From an uncultured delta proteobacterium (GTDB lineage: Bacteria > Myxococcota > UBA727 > VGSZ01), in NCBI GenBank assembly GCA_963775425.1, contig CAVZJB010000016.1, positions 640,001 through 704,000 of the forward strand: a DNA stretch of 64,000 nt. The letters are read 5' to 3'. Positions within the stretch are counted from its first letter, which is position 1. Each line of letters opens with the position of its first letter. Below the pieces are notes generated by a model, which did not search any database, was not told the origin of the DNA, and worked only from the letters and a program-made list of their open reading frames with translations. Below, in pieces: positions 19,986 through 28,692 of the stretch. Both the position numbers and the translations under genes were made by a program.

Positions 19986-22034
19986 CTACGCGCCCTTGAA
20001 GCTCGGCCGCCTCACGCCCACCGACGACAGCCCCTCGTACGCGTCCTTCGACGAAAAGATGCGTCGAAGCCCCGCCGTCTCGGCGGCGAGCCCGTCGGCG
20101 AGCGACGTCGTGGCGGCGCCCTTGATCAGCTCGTCGGCGGCGCCGACGGCGAGGGGCGCCTTGAACGACGCCTTCTTCACGCTCTTGCGCAGCCTCTCGT
20201 CGGTGACGCTGGCGAGGCCGCGCAACAGGTCGTAGCTCGACGTCCAGGTGAACGCCTCCCACGCCGCCTCGAAGCCCGCGGGCGCCTTCGTCGGCGGCGC
20301 CGCGTCGCCGTTGCGGGTCTCGCCCGCGAGCGCGCGCTTGCGACAGGCGGCGTCGAGCGCGGCCGCGTCTGCATCCACGACCTCGTCGACAAGGCCGAGC
20401 GCCTGGGCGGTCCTGGCGTCGACGGCCTCGCCCGTGAGCACCAGCCAACGCGCGAGCGGCACGCCGACGCGGCGCGCGGTGCGCTGCGTGCCCCCCAGGC
20501 CGGGGTAGATGCCGATGCCGGTCTCGGGGAAGCCGAGCGATCCCCTGGCGCTCGCGACGATGAAGTCGCACGCGAGCGCGAGCTCGCTGCCGCCGCCGAG
20601 CGAGAGCCCGTGGAGCTTGCACACCACGGGCTTCTTGCTGACGTCGATGCGCCGGAACACGTCCTGGCCGTCGGCGGCGAACTTCACGATGCGGGGGACG
20701 TCGTGGGCCTCGATGCGCTCGACGAAGAACTTGGTGTCGGCGCCGGCGACGAAGGCCTTGCCCCGCCCCTCGATGACGATGCCCTTCACCGCCGGGTCCT
20801 TGTCGAGCTTGTCGAAGCCCGCGGCGAGCTGCGCGACCACGGCCTCGTTGAGCGCGTTCATGGCGTCGGGCCGCTGGAACGTGAGCGTGCCGACGCCGCC
20901 GTCGACGCGGGTGCTGACGAGGCGGATGTCGAAGGCGCGGTCGTTTTCGCCGGCGTCGACGAGGGCGGCCGGCACCTTGAGATCGGGGTAGCGCTTCACG
21001 AGCGCTTGCACGGCGCCGAGCATCCGGCGCGAGCCGAGCTGGTTCATGGCCTCGAAGGGGCCGCGCGGCCAACGCAGGCCCACGCGCGCGCCGAGGTCGC
21101 AGTCTTCGAGCGTGCAGACCTTCTCGTCGAACACGAGGGTGCACGCGATCTGGGCGACGACGCCCCACAAGCGGTCCTCGACCGCCCGCCGGACGCCGGG
21201 GTCGACGCCGGAGGGCGGCGTGCCGAGATCCCACATGCGCTTGTCGGCGACGAGGGGCTTGATGAGCGGGCACGGCGCGTAGAACTTCGAGAGGTTCTCG
21301 CCGAGCGTGGTCGCCGCGTGCAGCGTGATCGGCGGCCCGGTGACGTTCATGAGCTCGAACGGGCCCATGCCCACGCCGAACGCCTCCCTGGCGACGCGCT
21401 CGACGGTGGGGACGTCGGCGACGCCCTCCTCGACGAGCCGCATGGACTCGTTGAGCCACGGGACGAAGAAGCGGTTGACGATGAAGCCGGGGGCGTCGGC
21501 GCTCTCGACGGCGATCTTGCCGCACTGTTCCTGGACGGCCCACGCGCGCGCGAACGCCTCGTCGGACGTGGCCTTGCCGCGGATGACCTCGACGAGGCGG
21601 TTCTTGGCCGGGTGGTAGAAGTAGTGCAGGCCGAGGACGCGGTCCTTGTGCTTGCAGACTTCGGCGACGTCGTCGACGTAGAAGCTCGAGGTGTTGGTGG
21701 CGAGGAGCGTCTTTGGGCCGAGCCGCGCGTCGAGGTCCTTGAACAGGTCCTGTTTGACCTTCTTGTCCTCGAAGACGGCCTCGACGACGAGCTCGGCGCC
21801 CTTGAGCTGGTCGCGATCCGACGTGAACTGCATGCGACCGACGATCCGCTCGGCGTCGTCGGCGCTGAACACCTTGCGGGCCACGCCCTCGGCGAGGGTG
21901 CTCTTCACGCGCTCGCGCCCGCGATCGGCCGAAGCCTGATCCACGTCGACGACGACGACGTCCATCCCCTCGGTGGCGTACTTCTGCGCGATGCCCGCGC
22001 CCATGTTCCCTGCCCCGACGACGCCGATCTTCAT
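19986..22034 (-). CDS. 3-hydroxyacyl-CoA dehydrogenase / enoyl-CoA hydratase fusion (dehydrogenase N-terminal)
   Basis: GVVGAGNMG, TNTSS, PGFIVNR; FVAGAD, GGGSELALACD, PETGIGIYPGLGGTQR. Confidence 0.95.
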   Translation of the reverse strand: MKIGVVGAGNMGAGIAQKYATEGMDVVVVDVDQASADRGRERVKSTLAEGVARKVFSADDAERIVGRMQFTSDRDQLKGAELVVEAVFEDKKVKQDLFKDLDARLGPKTLLATNTSSFYVDDVAEVCKHKDRVLGLHYFYHPAKNRLVEVIRGKATSDEAFARAWAVQEQCGKIAVESADAPGFIVNRFFVPWLNESMRLVEEGVADVPTVERVAREAFGVGMGPFELMNVTGPPITLHAATTLGENLSKFYAPCPLIKPLVADKRMWDLGTPPSGVDPGVRRAVEDRLWGVVAQIACTLVFDEKVCTLEDCDLGARVGLRWPRGPFEAMNQLGSRRMLGAVQALVKRYPDLKVPAALVDAGENDRAFDIRLVSTRVDGGVGTLTFQRPDAMNALNEAVVAQLAAGFDKLDKDPAVKGIVIEGRGKAFVAGADTKFFVERIEAHDVPRIVKFAADGQDVFRRIDVSKKPVVCKLHGLSLGGGSELALACDFIVASARGSLGFPETGIGIYPGLGGTQRTARRVGVPLARWLVLTGEAVDARTAQALGLVDEVVDADAAALDAACRKRALAGETRNGDAAPPTKAPAGFEAAWEAFTWTSSYDLLRGLASVTDERLRKSVKKASFKAPLAVGAADELIKGAATTSLADGLAAETAGLRRIFSSKDAYEGLSSVGVRRPSFKGA

Positions 22035-22072
22035 TGTGCGGTCTCCTTGTGCGCGGCTTACACTTCGGGGTC

Positions 22073-22816
22073 GTGCTCGTGAAGCGCCGTGCGCTCCTCG
22101 CCTTCGTCGCGGTCGCCTGCGGACCGGCGCACGCTGCCAGCCTGTTCGTGGCGCCGGTGCCGCCGCCGACCGAGGAGGACGCGCCGGCGGCGAAGGCGCT
22201 GACGAGCGCCGTGGAGACCGCGGTCCTCAAGAAGGTCGTGGAGGCGGACGTGGTGACGCCGAGCGCGCTCGACACCAAGCTCGAGATCGACCTGGTGACC
22301 GCCTGCCGCGGCGACGGAGACGACGCCGCGTGCGTCGTCGACTTCGCCCAGGGGATGGGCGTCGACTACGTGGTGCGGACGACGCTGGCGCGGCTCGGGC
22401 ACACGCGGATCCTCACCATCGCGGTCTACGACGGGCACCGCGCGGCGCTCCTCGGCCAGGCGCAGCGGAAGGCGGAGAGGGCCGAGGACCTCGTCGACGC
22501 CGTCCCCGACGCCGTCGTCGAGGCGGCCAAGGCGGCGGAGCTGCGCGTCGTCGTGGAGCGCGTGAAGGCGCCGCCGTATCTCGCGTATGGCGCGCTCGCC
22601 GGCGGCGCCGTCGTGCTCGCGGGCTCGCTGGCGGCGCACGCCGTCGCCCTCGGCGTCTTCGAGGCCGACTACGAAAAGGCCGCCTACACGCGCGACCAGG
22701 CGCGGGGCTGGGAGCTGGCGCGCCCGTTCGCGTACGGCCTGCCGGTGGCGGGCTACCTGGCCGGCGCCGGCCTCGTCGTCGTCGGCATCGTCGCGTTGTC
22801 CTCGGAGGGCCCGTGA
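22073..22816 (+). CDS. exported alpha/beta-domain protein with C-terminal hydrophobic hairpin (module gene A, copy 1)
   Basis: Signal peptide; C..DDAACVVDFAQGMGVDYVVRTTLARLG; two C-terminal hydrophobic helices; GTG start 22073 or 22079. Confidence 0.8.
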   Translation: MLVKRRALLAFVAVACGPAHAASLFVAPVPPPTEEDAPAAKALTSAVETAVLKKVVEADVVTPSALDTKLEIDLVTACRGDGDDAACVVDFAQGMGVDYVVRTTLARLGHTRILTIAVYDGHRAALLGQAQRKAERAEDLVDAVPDAVVEAAKAAELRVVVERVKAPPYLAYGALAGGAVVLAGSLAAHAVALGVFEADYEKAAYTRDQARGWELARPFAYGLPVAGYLAGAGLVVVGIVALSSEGP

Positions 22817-24138
22817 CGGCGCGCCGGCCTGCGACGACGACGAGCCCCGGCGCGCTACCCCTCGTCGCCGCGATCGTCAGCGCGCTCGCGGGGTGTCCGG
22901 CGCAGCGGCCGTGCCACCAGGACGCGCAGTGCGAGGACGGCCAGACCTGCTCCGTCCCCGGGCGCGGCGGCGTCGGCGTGTGCGTCGCGGCCGAGGGCGA
23001 AGGCGAAGGAGAGGGCGAGGGCGAAGGCGAAGGAGAGGGCGAGGGCGAAGGAGAGGGCGAGCCCGTCCAGGTCCTCGCGGTCGACGTCGGCAACGGCTTC
23101 GCCTGCGCCCTCGACGCCGACGCCGACGTCCAATGCTGGGGCACCGATCTCGACGGGCAGCTCGGGCGCGACCTCGACTTCGGCGCCGAAGACCCCGTCC
23201 CGCACAAGGTCCCGGGCCTGAGCGGCGTCACCAGGCTCGCCGTCGCCCAGGCCCACACGTGCGCCATCGGCAGCCTCGACGGCGGCCCCACCACGGTCGC
23301 CTGCTGGGGCGACGCCACCCAGGGCAACCTCGGCACCACCACCGCCCCGCCCTTCACCGTCGTCGAGCCCAACCTGCCGGTGGCCGCCCTCCGCGGCGCC
23401 GTCGACATCGACGACGACGCCGACAACAACGGCGGCGTCACCTGCGTCGCCGACGACGCAGGCCACGTCACCTGCTTCGGCCCCCGGATGCCCGGCTACG
23501 ACGCCCAAAACGCCATCCCCGTCGCCGTCCCCGCCCTCGACGGCGCCACCCAGGTCTTCGTCAGCCTCGAGGCGCTGTGCGCGCGCACCCCCGGCGGCGT
23601 CGTGTGCACCCAGCTCGGCACCGGCGCCGTCGGCCACTTCGGCTGCACCGACGGGGCCCCGTGCGCGCTCCTCACCGCCGCCGACCGCTTCTCCCTCGAC
23701 CACGACGTCGTCTGCGCCGAGACCGCCACCGACGTGCAGTGCGCCGGGGTCAACACCTACGGCGCCGCGGACCCCGGCGCGCGCAGCGACGACGACATCG
23801 GCTTCACCAGCGTCACCGCGGGCATCGACGTCGCCGTCGGCCTCCAGCACGCCTGCGCCCTCACCATCGACGGCCGCGCCGTCTGCTGGGGCCGCTCCCT
23901 CGAGCTGTCTACCGGCCGCGACGAGAGCGACCTCGCCCTCGAGGACTGCGGCGGCAGCGTCGCCGGCCTCGGCACGCGTTGCCAGGGCGTCCTCGACGTC
24001 CCCGGCGCCGCCGCCCCGCTGCGCTTCTCGAGCCTCGCGGTCCACCGCACGCACACCTGCGCGCGCGAGTCCGACGGCGCCGGCGTCGTCTGCTGGGGCG
24101 ACGGCGACGCCCCCGTCCGCACCACCTTCGTGCACTGA
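22813..24138 (+). CDS. Cys-rich lipoprotein with (GE)n linker and RCC1-like propeller (module gene B, copy 1)
   Basis: LAGC lipobox; CHQDAQC; (EG)n; repeats GNGFACAL..VQCWG, HTCA..CWG; GTGA overlap with upstream stop. Confidence 0.85.
   Translation: MTARRPATTTSPGALPLVAAIVSALAGCPAQRPCHQDAQCEDGQTCSVPGRGGVGVCVAAEGEGEGEGEGEGEGEGEGEGEGEPVQVLAVDVGNGFACALDADADVQCWGTDLDGQLGRDLDFGAEDPVPHKVPGLSGVTRLAVAQAHTCAIGSLDGGPTTVACWGDATQGNLGTTTAPPFTVVEPNLPVAALRGAVDIDDDADNNGGVTCVADDAGHVTCFGPRMPGYDAQNAIPVAVPALDGATQVFVSLEALCARTPGGVVCTQLGTGAVGHFGCTDGAPCALLTAADRFSLDHDVVCAETATDVQCAGVNTYGAADPGARSDDDIGFTSVTAGIDVAVGLQHACALTIDGRAVCWGRSLELSTGRDESDLALEDCGGSVAGLGTRCQGVLDVPGAAAPLRFSSLAVHRTHTCARESDGAGVVCWGDGDAPVRTTFVH
22993..23061 (+). 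repeat. (Glu-Gly)n coding repeat, 23 codons
   Basis: GAGGGC/GAAGGC/GAAGGA units. Confidence 0.95.
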
Positions 24139-24147
24139 ACGAAACGA

Positions 24148-24165
24148 GGGCCCCTCGCGGGGCCC
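24148..24165. terminator. hairpin between convergent genes
   Basis: GGGCCCC-TCGC-GGGGCCC, 10 nt after the stop at 24138. Confidence 0.6.
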
Positions 24166-24199
24166 CCGGTTCGAGCGCGCGGCGCGCGTGGCGCTGCGT

Positions 24200-24634
24200 T
24201 CAGCCCTCGGGCGACGTCGTCACGCGCGAGGCAACCTGCTGGCGGGCGGCGTCGCGGGCCTGCATCGAGAGGGCGTGCTCGAAGATGGCCTGGCCCTTCA
24301 TCTCGAGCGCCTTGAGCGCCGGCTCGCGGTCCGCCATGGCGTGGCGGTACTTGGAGGCGAACTCGACGTGCATCTCCATCTGGTTCTTCTCCTTGAAGAA
24401 CGAGATCTTGTCGTCGCCAACGTTGATGTACACGCTGCCGTCGTAGGCCCGGACGGTCTTGTGGCCGAGGTCCTGGGCGGCGGCCGTGAGCCAGGGCGTG
24501 ATCTCCGGGGCCTTGGCGGCGCTCACCGGCAACTTGACGCTGGCTTCCTTGTCGCTCGCGGTAGGGCGTGTCATCGCGAAAACGGTACCGGCGCAGGCGA
24601 AGACGATGAGGATGGGGAAGGCGTAGCGGCGCAT
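24200..24634 (-). CDS. small secreted hypothetical protein
   Basis: GGAGG RBS, signal MRRYAFPILIVFACAGTVFA. Confidence 0.8.
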   Translation of the reverse strand: MRRYAFPILIVFACAGTVFAMTRPTASDKEASVKLPVSAAKAPEITPWLTAAAQDLGHKTVRAYDGSVYINVGDDKISFFKEKNQMEMHVEFASKYRHAMADREPALKALEMKGQAIFEHALSMQARDAARQQVASRVTTSPEG

Positions 24635-24661
24635 GGGACCTCCGAAACGTGACCGATGTAA

Positions 24662-24678
24662 AGCAGCGGCTGTGCCAA
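24662..24678 (-). promoter_or_regulatory. sigma-54 (-24/-12) promoter
   Basis: TTGGCAC-AGCCG-CTGCT with GG-N10-GC spacing, about 28 nt upstream of ATG 24634. Confidence 0.65.
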
Positions 24679-24931
24679 AACTCAATGGGCTGTTTCGACG
24701 CGTCCTGGCGCAAGGTTGCTCCCCCCGGCCGGAGCCTTGTGCACCTCATTGCTCAACTTGCGCACTCACACCGTGCGCTACTTGATCAGGCCAATGACCG
24801 ATGTGGGCCCGCAGCCTCGATCTTGCGACCGGAGGGAGCGGCCCCGACGGAGGTTCCGCCCCCCTCCCGCGGGTGACGAAGCGCACGGCGTCGGCGGATC
24901 TGCCGATGGCGGCGCGGGAGGAGGAGAAACG

Positions 24932-25004
24932 CGTCCCCAGGGGGATTCGAACCCCCGTCACCGCCGTGAAAGGGCGATGTCCTAGGCCTCTAGACGATGG
25001 GGAC
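24932..25004 (-). tRNA. tRNA-Glu(TTC), CCA not encoded
   Basis: GTCCCCATCGTCTAGAGGCCTAGGAC..CT-TTC-AC..GGTTCGAATCC..TGGGGACG cloverleaf. Confidence 0.97.
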
Positions 25005-25047
25005 AGACGGCGTCCCCTACCGTGCGCGCTGGCGCATCGCAAGAGAG

Positions 25048-25332
25048 CTACGAGGGCCCCACCACCAGGGCCGCCACCACCGCCCGCAGCTCCTCGAGGT
25101 CGAAGCGCTTGTGCATCCGCGGGTTCTTCACGGTGCTGAGGAACGCGCTGGCGTCGACGATGCGGTTGCGCAGGTCGGGGGCACCCGGGCCCCGTGTCCG
25201 CCACCTCGATCAGCGCCCAGCCGTCGGCGCCGGTGCAGGTGGAGACGCGGATCTCAGCTCCATCGGCCGGCTCTCCTGCTCCCCGGCGCGACGACCGAAC
25301 ACCTTGAGGTCGCGAACGATGTCGCGCACGCC
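25048..25332 (-). pseudogene. collapsed hybrid histidine kinase remnant
   Basis: Ordered fragments VRDIVRDLKVF (end of HisKA), DGWALIEVADTGPG (HATPase G1 box), PDLRNRIV/DASAFLSTVKNPRMHKRFDLEELRAVV* (receiver C-terminus). Confidence 0.7.
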
Positions 25333-25357
25333 GCGCCCCCCCGGACGCCGCCGGCGC

Positions 25358-26944
25358 TCAGAGGGTCACCCCGGGCGGCACAGGGACGATGAGGTCGACG
25401 CTGCGGTCGCCGGCGTCGCCCCGACCGTCGTTGGGTTGCCAGCCCGTCAGGAAGTCGACGACGCCGAGCGCCCGCCCGAGCGCCGCCGGCGGATCGTCGT
25501 CCGCGGCGAAGTCCACCGGCGACGTCGACAGCCGCAGGGTGCCGTTGTCGTCGTCCCAGATCTCGACGATGCGGAACTGGTGCGGGAAGTCCGCCAACGC
25601 GCTGGTCATGACCTCCCAGAAGGCGTGGCCGGGGTCGCCGCTCGCCGGGTCCACGGCCTGTTGGAGCATGATGCGGTTTCTGTGCGCGTGGCCGACCATG
25701 GAGAAGAGCACGTTGGGGTACGCCGCGAGGACCGCGCGCCAGTCGTCGCCGAGCAGCGCGTCGTCCTCGGCGACGCCGAAGGTGCCGCCGTCCGCGGTGA
25801 GCGACGACACCGCGTGGTGCGACGCGAGCACCACCACGCGCCCGCGCGCCTGGGCGTCGTCGAGCACGGGCAGGACGAAGCGTTCGACGTCGGCGCGCTG
25901 GAGCACGCCCTCGCCGCCGCCGCGCGCGTGGGTGGTGTCGAGCACCATGAACGTGATCGGCGCCCCCGGGACGTCGAACGAGTAGAACGCCTTCCCGCGC
26001 GCGCCCGCGTCGCTGGCGGCGAGCGCCTTGAGGCCGTGCCCGTCGCCGTCGCCGCCGACGAAGTCGAGGAGCGCGGGCCCGTCGAGCAGGCGGCGCTGCG
26101 GGTCCGCGATGATGCCGCCGCCGTCGACGACGACGCCGAGGCCGCCGCCGGAGTAGTCGCGGGTGCCGAACTGCGCCTCGCTGCCGACCGCGATGGCACG
26201 CTGGGTGTCGTCGATGGCGAACGTCCCTTGCACTGTGACGTCGTGGTTGCCGTTCACCCAGAACCACGGCACGTCGAGGCCGGCGGCGGCGAACGGGTCC
26301 TTGCCGTCGTCGGCGCCGGGGTCGATGTCGTCGTCGGCGCCGCTGTCGCACTCGACGCGGCCCGCGCCGTCGAGGATCTGCATCACCCAGCGGACCTCGT
26401 TCTCCTGCGCCGAGTCGCTGTTGTCGCCGCCGAGGAGGAGGAAGTCGACGGGGTCCTCGGCGTCGAGCGCGTTCACCGAGCGAACGGCGGCGTTGAGCAT
26501 GCGGCAGATGAGCGGGTCCTGCGGGCGGATGGCCGACGACACCGACGGCGAGTCGAAGTCGGCGGCGCGCGCCGGGCTCTCGTCGTCCATGAGCTGGATG
26601 TCCGCGAGGTGGACGAAGCGCACCAGGCGATGCGCGTTCGGCCCCGGCGGCGGCGCGTCGCTGCCGTCGACGGTGCGGACCACGACGTCGTCGCCGGGGC
26701 CCTCCGCGAGGGCGCCCTCGTCGTCGTCGAGGTAGGCGGGGAGGTTCTCGGGGAGCGCGGGGTTGGCGCCGCCGCCCGACGGCGCGTGCGCCGGCTGGAG
26801 GCTGCGCTCGCGCGCGGTGGGCGGCGCGGACGCGAGGGGCGGCAGCGGCACGAGCTGCGCAGGCGGCGCCGGCGTCTTCGCGCACGCGGCGAAGACGGCC
26901 GAGACGACGACGACGAACGCACGGGTGACGGGGGCGGACCGCAC
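25358..26944 (-). CDS. calcineurin-like metallophosphoesterase lipoprotein (TIGR03767/03768-like)
   Basis: FAAC lipobox; HLADIQLMDDESPAR, GGDNSDSAQENE, GNHD, SHH, GHAH. Confidence 0.88.
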   Translation of the reverse strand: MRSAPVTRAFVVVVSAVFAACAKTPAPPAQLVPLPPLASAPPTARERSLQPAHAPSGGGANPALPENLPAYLDDDEGALAEGPGDDVVVRTVDGSDAPPPGPNAHRLVRFVHLADIQLMDDESPARAADFDSPSVSSAIRPQDPLICRMLNAAVRSVNALDAEDPVDFLLLGGDNSDSAQENEVRWVMQILDGAGRVECDSGADDDIDPGADDGKDPFAAAGLDVPWFWVNGNHDVTVQGTFAIDDTQRAIAVGSEAQFGTRDYSGGGLGVVVDGGGIIADPQRRLLDGPALLDFVGGDGDGHGLKALAASDAGARGKAFYSFDVPGAPITFMVLDTTHARGGGEGVLQRADVERFVLPVLDDAQARGRVVVLASHHAVSSLTADGGTFGVAEDDALLGDDWRAVLAAYPNVLFSMVGHAHRNRIMLQQAVDPASGDPGHAFWEVMTSALADFPHQFRIVEIWDDDNGTLRLSTSPVDFAADDDPPAALGRALGVVDFLTGWQPNDGRGDAGDRSVDLIVPVPPGVTL

Positions 26945-27067
26945 GCGCCGAGTCTGGCACCCCGCGCGACAAAAGGAAGTCCTGAGGAAGGCGGAGGACA
27001 TTGTCCGGGGGCGCACGACGTGAGCGCGCTCATCGACGACCCCGGCCCGTGCGATACCGTCTCGGCC

Positions 27068-27823
27068 GTGCTCGGCGTCGCCCTCGCCCTGGCCGCCTCC
27101 GCCGTCGTCCCCGCGGCGTCCCCCGCCGCGCCGCGCGTCCTCGTGCTCGACCTGCAGCGTGGCAACGGGGTGAACGCGGACGAGACAAAGACCGTCGGCG
27201 AGCTCGTGATCGCCGCGGTGTCGTCGCGCGCGTCCCTGACCGTCATCTCCCACGACGACATCCGCCAGCTCGCCGCGCTCGCCGCCGACAAGGTCGAGAC
27301 GGGCTGCGACGACAACGCCTGCCTGTCGGAGCTCGCCGGGGCGCTCGCCGCCGACTACGTCGTGAGCGGGCGCATCAGCCGGCTCGGCGACATCGTCGTC
27401 ATGCAGCTGTCGTTGTTCGATGGGAACAAGAACGCCGCCGCCGGCCGCGCCACCCGCAAGGTCGGCTCGGTGGGCGCGCTCGCCGACGAAGTCGACCCAG
27501 CGGTCGACGGTCTGCTCCGCGCCGCCGGCCTCGCGGACGACAGCCCGCCCGCGCACCGCGAGCGCGCGGCCACCTCGAGCGGGCCGCGCCCCATGGCGCT
27601 CGCCGGCGACGTCGTGCTCGGCGTCGCCGGCCTCGGCGCGCTGACGGCGGTGGGCGCGGGCGTGGTCGGCGAGCTCTCGCTGGGCCAGCCCGCGACCCTC
27701 ACGTCCGCGCAATACAAGGGCCGGCAGGGCCTGGCGCTCGCCGTCATGGGCGTCGCCGCGGCCGTCGCGGTCGCCGGCGGTGTCGGCGGCGGCGCGCTCG
27801 TCCTCGCGGGAGGCGGAGAATGA
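27068..27823 (+). CDS. exported alpha/beta-domain protein with C-terminal hydrophobic hairpin (module gene A, copy 2)
   Basis: Signal; RVLVLDL; GCDDNACLSELAGALAADYVVSGRISRLG; two Gly-rich hydrophobic helices. Confidence 0.8.
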   Translation: MLGVALALAASAVVPAASPAAPRVLVLDLQRGNGVNADETKTVGELVIAAVSSRASLTVISHDDIRQLAALAADKVETGCDDNACLSELAGALAADYVVSGRISRLGDIVVMQLSLFDGNKNAAAGRATRKVGSVGALADEVDPAVDGLLRAAGLADDSPPAHRERAATSSGPRPMALAGDVVLGVAGLGALTAVGAGVVGELSLGQPATLTSAQYKGRQGLALAVMGVAAAVAVAGGVGGGALVLAGGGE

Positions 27824-28527
27824 GAGCGGGTCTTTCGCTCTTGATCGTGGTCACCGGCCTGAGCGGGTGCCGCCTGTTTTCGACGACCATCCCGTGCGTC
27901 GACGACCGCGACTGCCCGAGCGACACCACCTGCCACCACGAGCGCTGCGCGACCGGCGAGGGCGAGGGCGAGGGCGAGGGCGGCGGCGAGGGAGAAGGGG
28001 ACCGGACCCCCTGCACCGCCGACGGCGACTGCGCGCTGTCGCAGGCGTGCGCGAGCGACGTCTGCCTCGATCGATGCAACAGCGACGCGGACTGCGGCGC
28101 CGACGAGCGCTGCGCGGTCTTCGGCTTCATCAACACGGACCTGCTGTGCGCCCCCGGCTGCCGCATCGACGACGCCGGCAACGACAACTGCGGCGCCGGC
28201 GACATCTGCAGCGCGGGCACGCGTCAGTGTGTCAGCGCGCAGCCGTCGCCCCGCGGCCAGGACGGCCTGTGCGCGCGGGACGTCGAGTGCCAGCAGCCGC
28301 TGCGATGCTTCATCCTCGACGGCGAGACGCGCGGCGCCTGCACGGAGACCTGCAGCGACGACCTGTGCTTCGGCGCCGACTTCGAGACCAACAACTGCTG
28401 CGCAACCTCGGGGTTGAACGCCTGCGCCCTCGATTTCTGCACCGAGCAATGCAACGACAACGATTGCCCCAACTGCTGCTTCCTCACGGGCTTCTCCCAG
28501 TGCCTCGGCGGCAACTGCGCCCCGTAG
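27820..28527 (+). CDS. Cys-rich lipoprotein with (GE)n linker (module gene B, copy 2)
   Basis: LSGC lipobox; CVDDRDC; GEGEGEGEGGGEGEG; repeated CxxDxDC; ATGA overlap. Confidence 0.85.
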   Translation: MRAGLSLLIVVTGLSGCRLFSTTIPCVDDRDCPSDTTCHHERCATGEGEGEGEGGGEGEGDRTPCTADGDCALSQACASDVCLDRCNSDADCGADERCAVFGFINTDLLCAPGCRIDDAGNDNCGAGDICSAGTRQCVSAQPSPRGQDGLCARDVECQQPLRCFILDGETRGACTETCSDDLCFGADFETNNCCATSGLNACALDFCTEQCNDNDCPNCCFLTGFSQCLGGNCAP

Positions 28528-28580
28528 AGCACCGATCAGGTTGCCGCGAGCGTTGGGACGCGGCTCAGCGTGATGGGCGA

Positions 28581-28604
28581 GCGGGGAGCGGGCACGCTCC
28601 CCGC
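28581..28604. repeat. perfect 10-bp stem hairpin
   Basis: GCGGGGAGCG-GGCA-CGCTCCCCGC. Confidence 0.7.
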
Positions 28605-28642
28605 GTACCGCCGGTGACGCGCCCTGCCGCGACGCAAAATAC

Positions 28643-28675
28643 ACAGCGCGCCCCGGGGGCACCGGGGCGCGCTGT
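28643..28675. terminator. 14-bp stem hairpin between convergent genes
   Basis: ACAGCGCGCCCCGG-GGGCA-CCGGGGCGCGCTGT; followed by ATTTT on the minus strand. Confidence 0.7.
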
Positions 28676-28692
28676 CCTCTCGCCGGGTTTCT

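Noticed and set aside
19986-22034. Dehydrogenase-before-hydratase order as a novelty
   Set aside because: This fusion order is already known from archaea and some bacteria
24706-24720. Plus-strand sigma-54-like TGGCGCAAGGTTGCT
   Set aside because: GG-GC spacing is 9 nt, not the required 10
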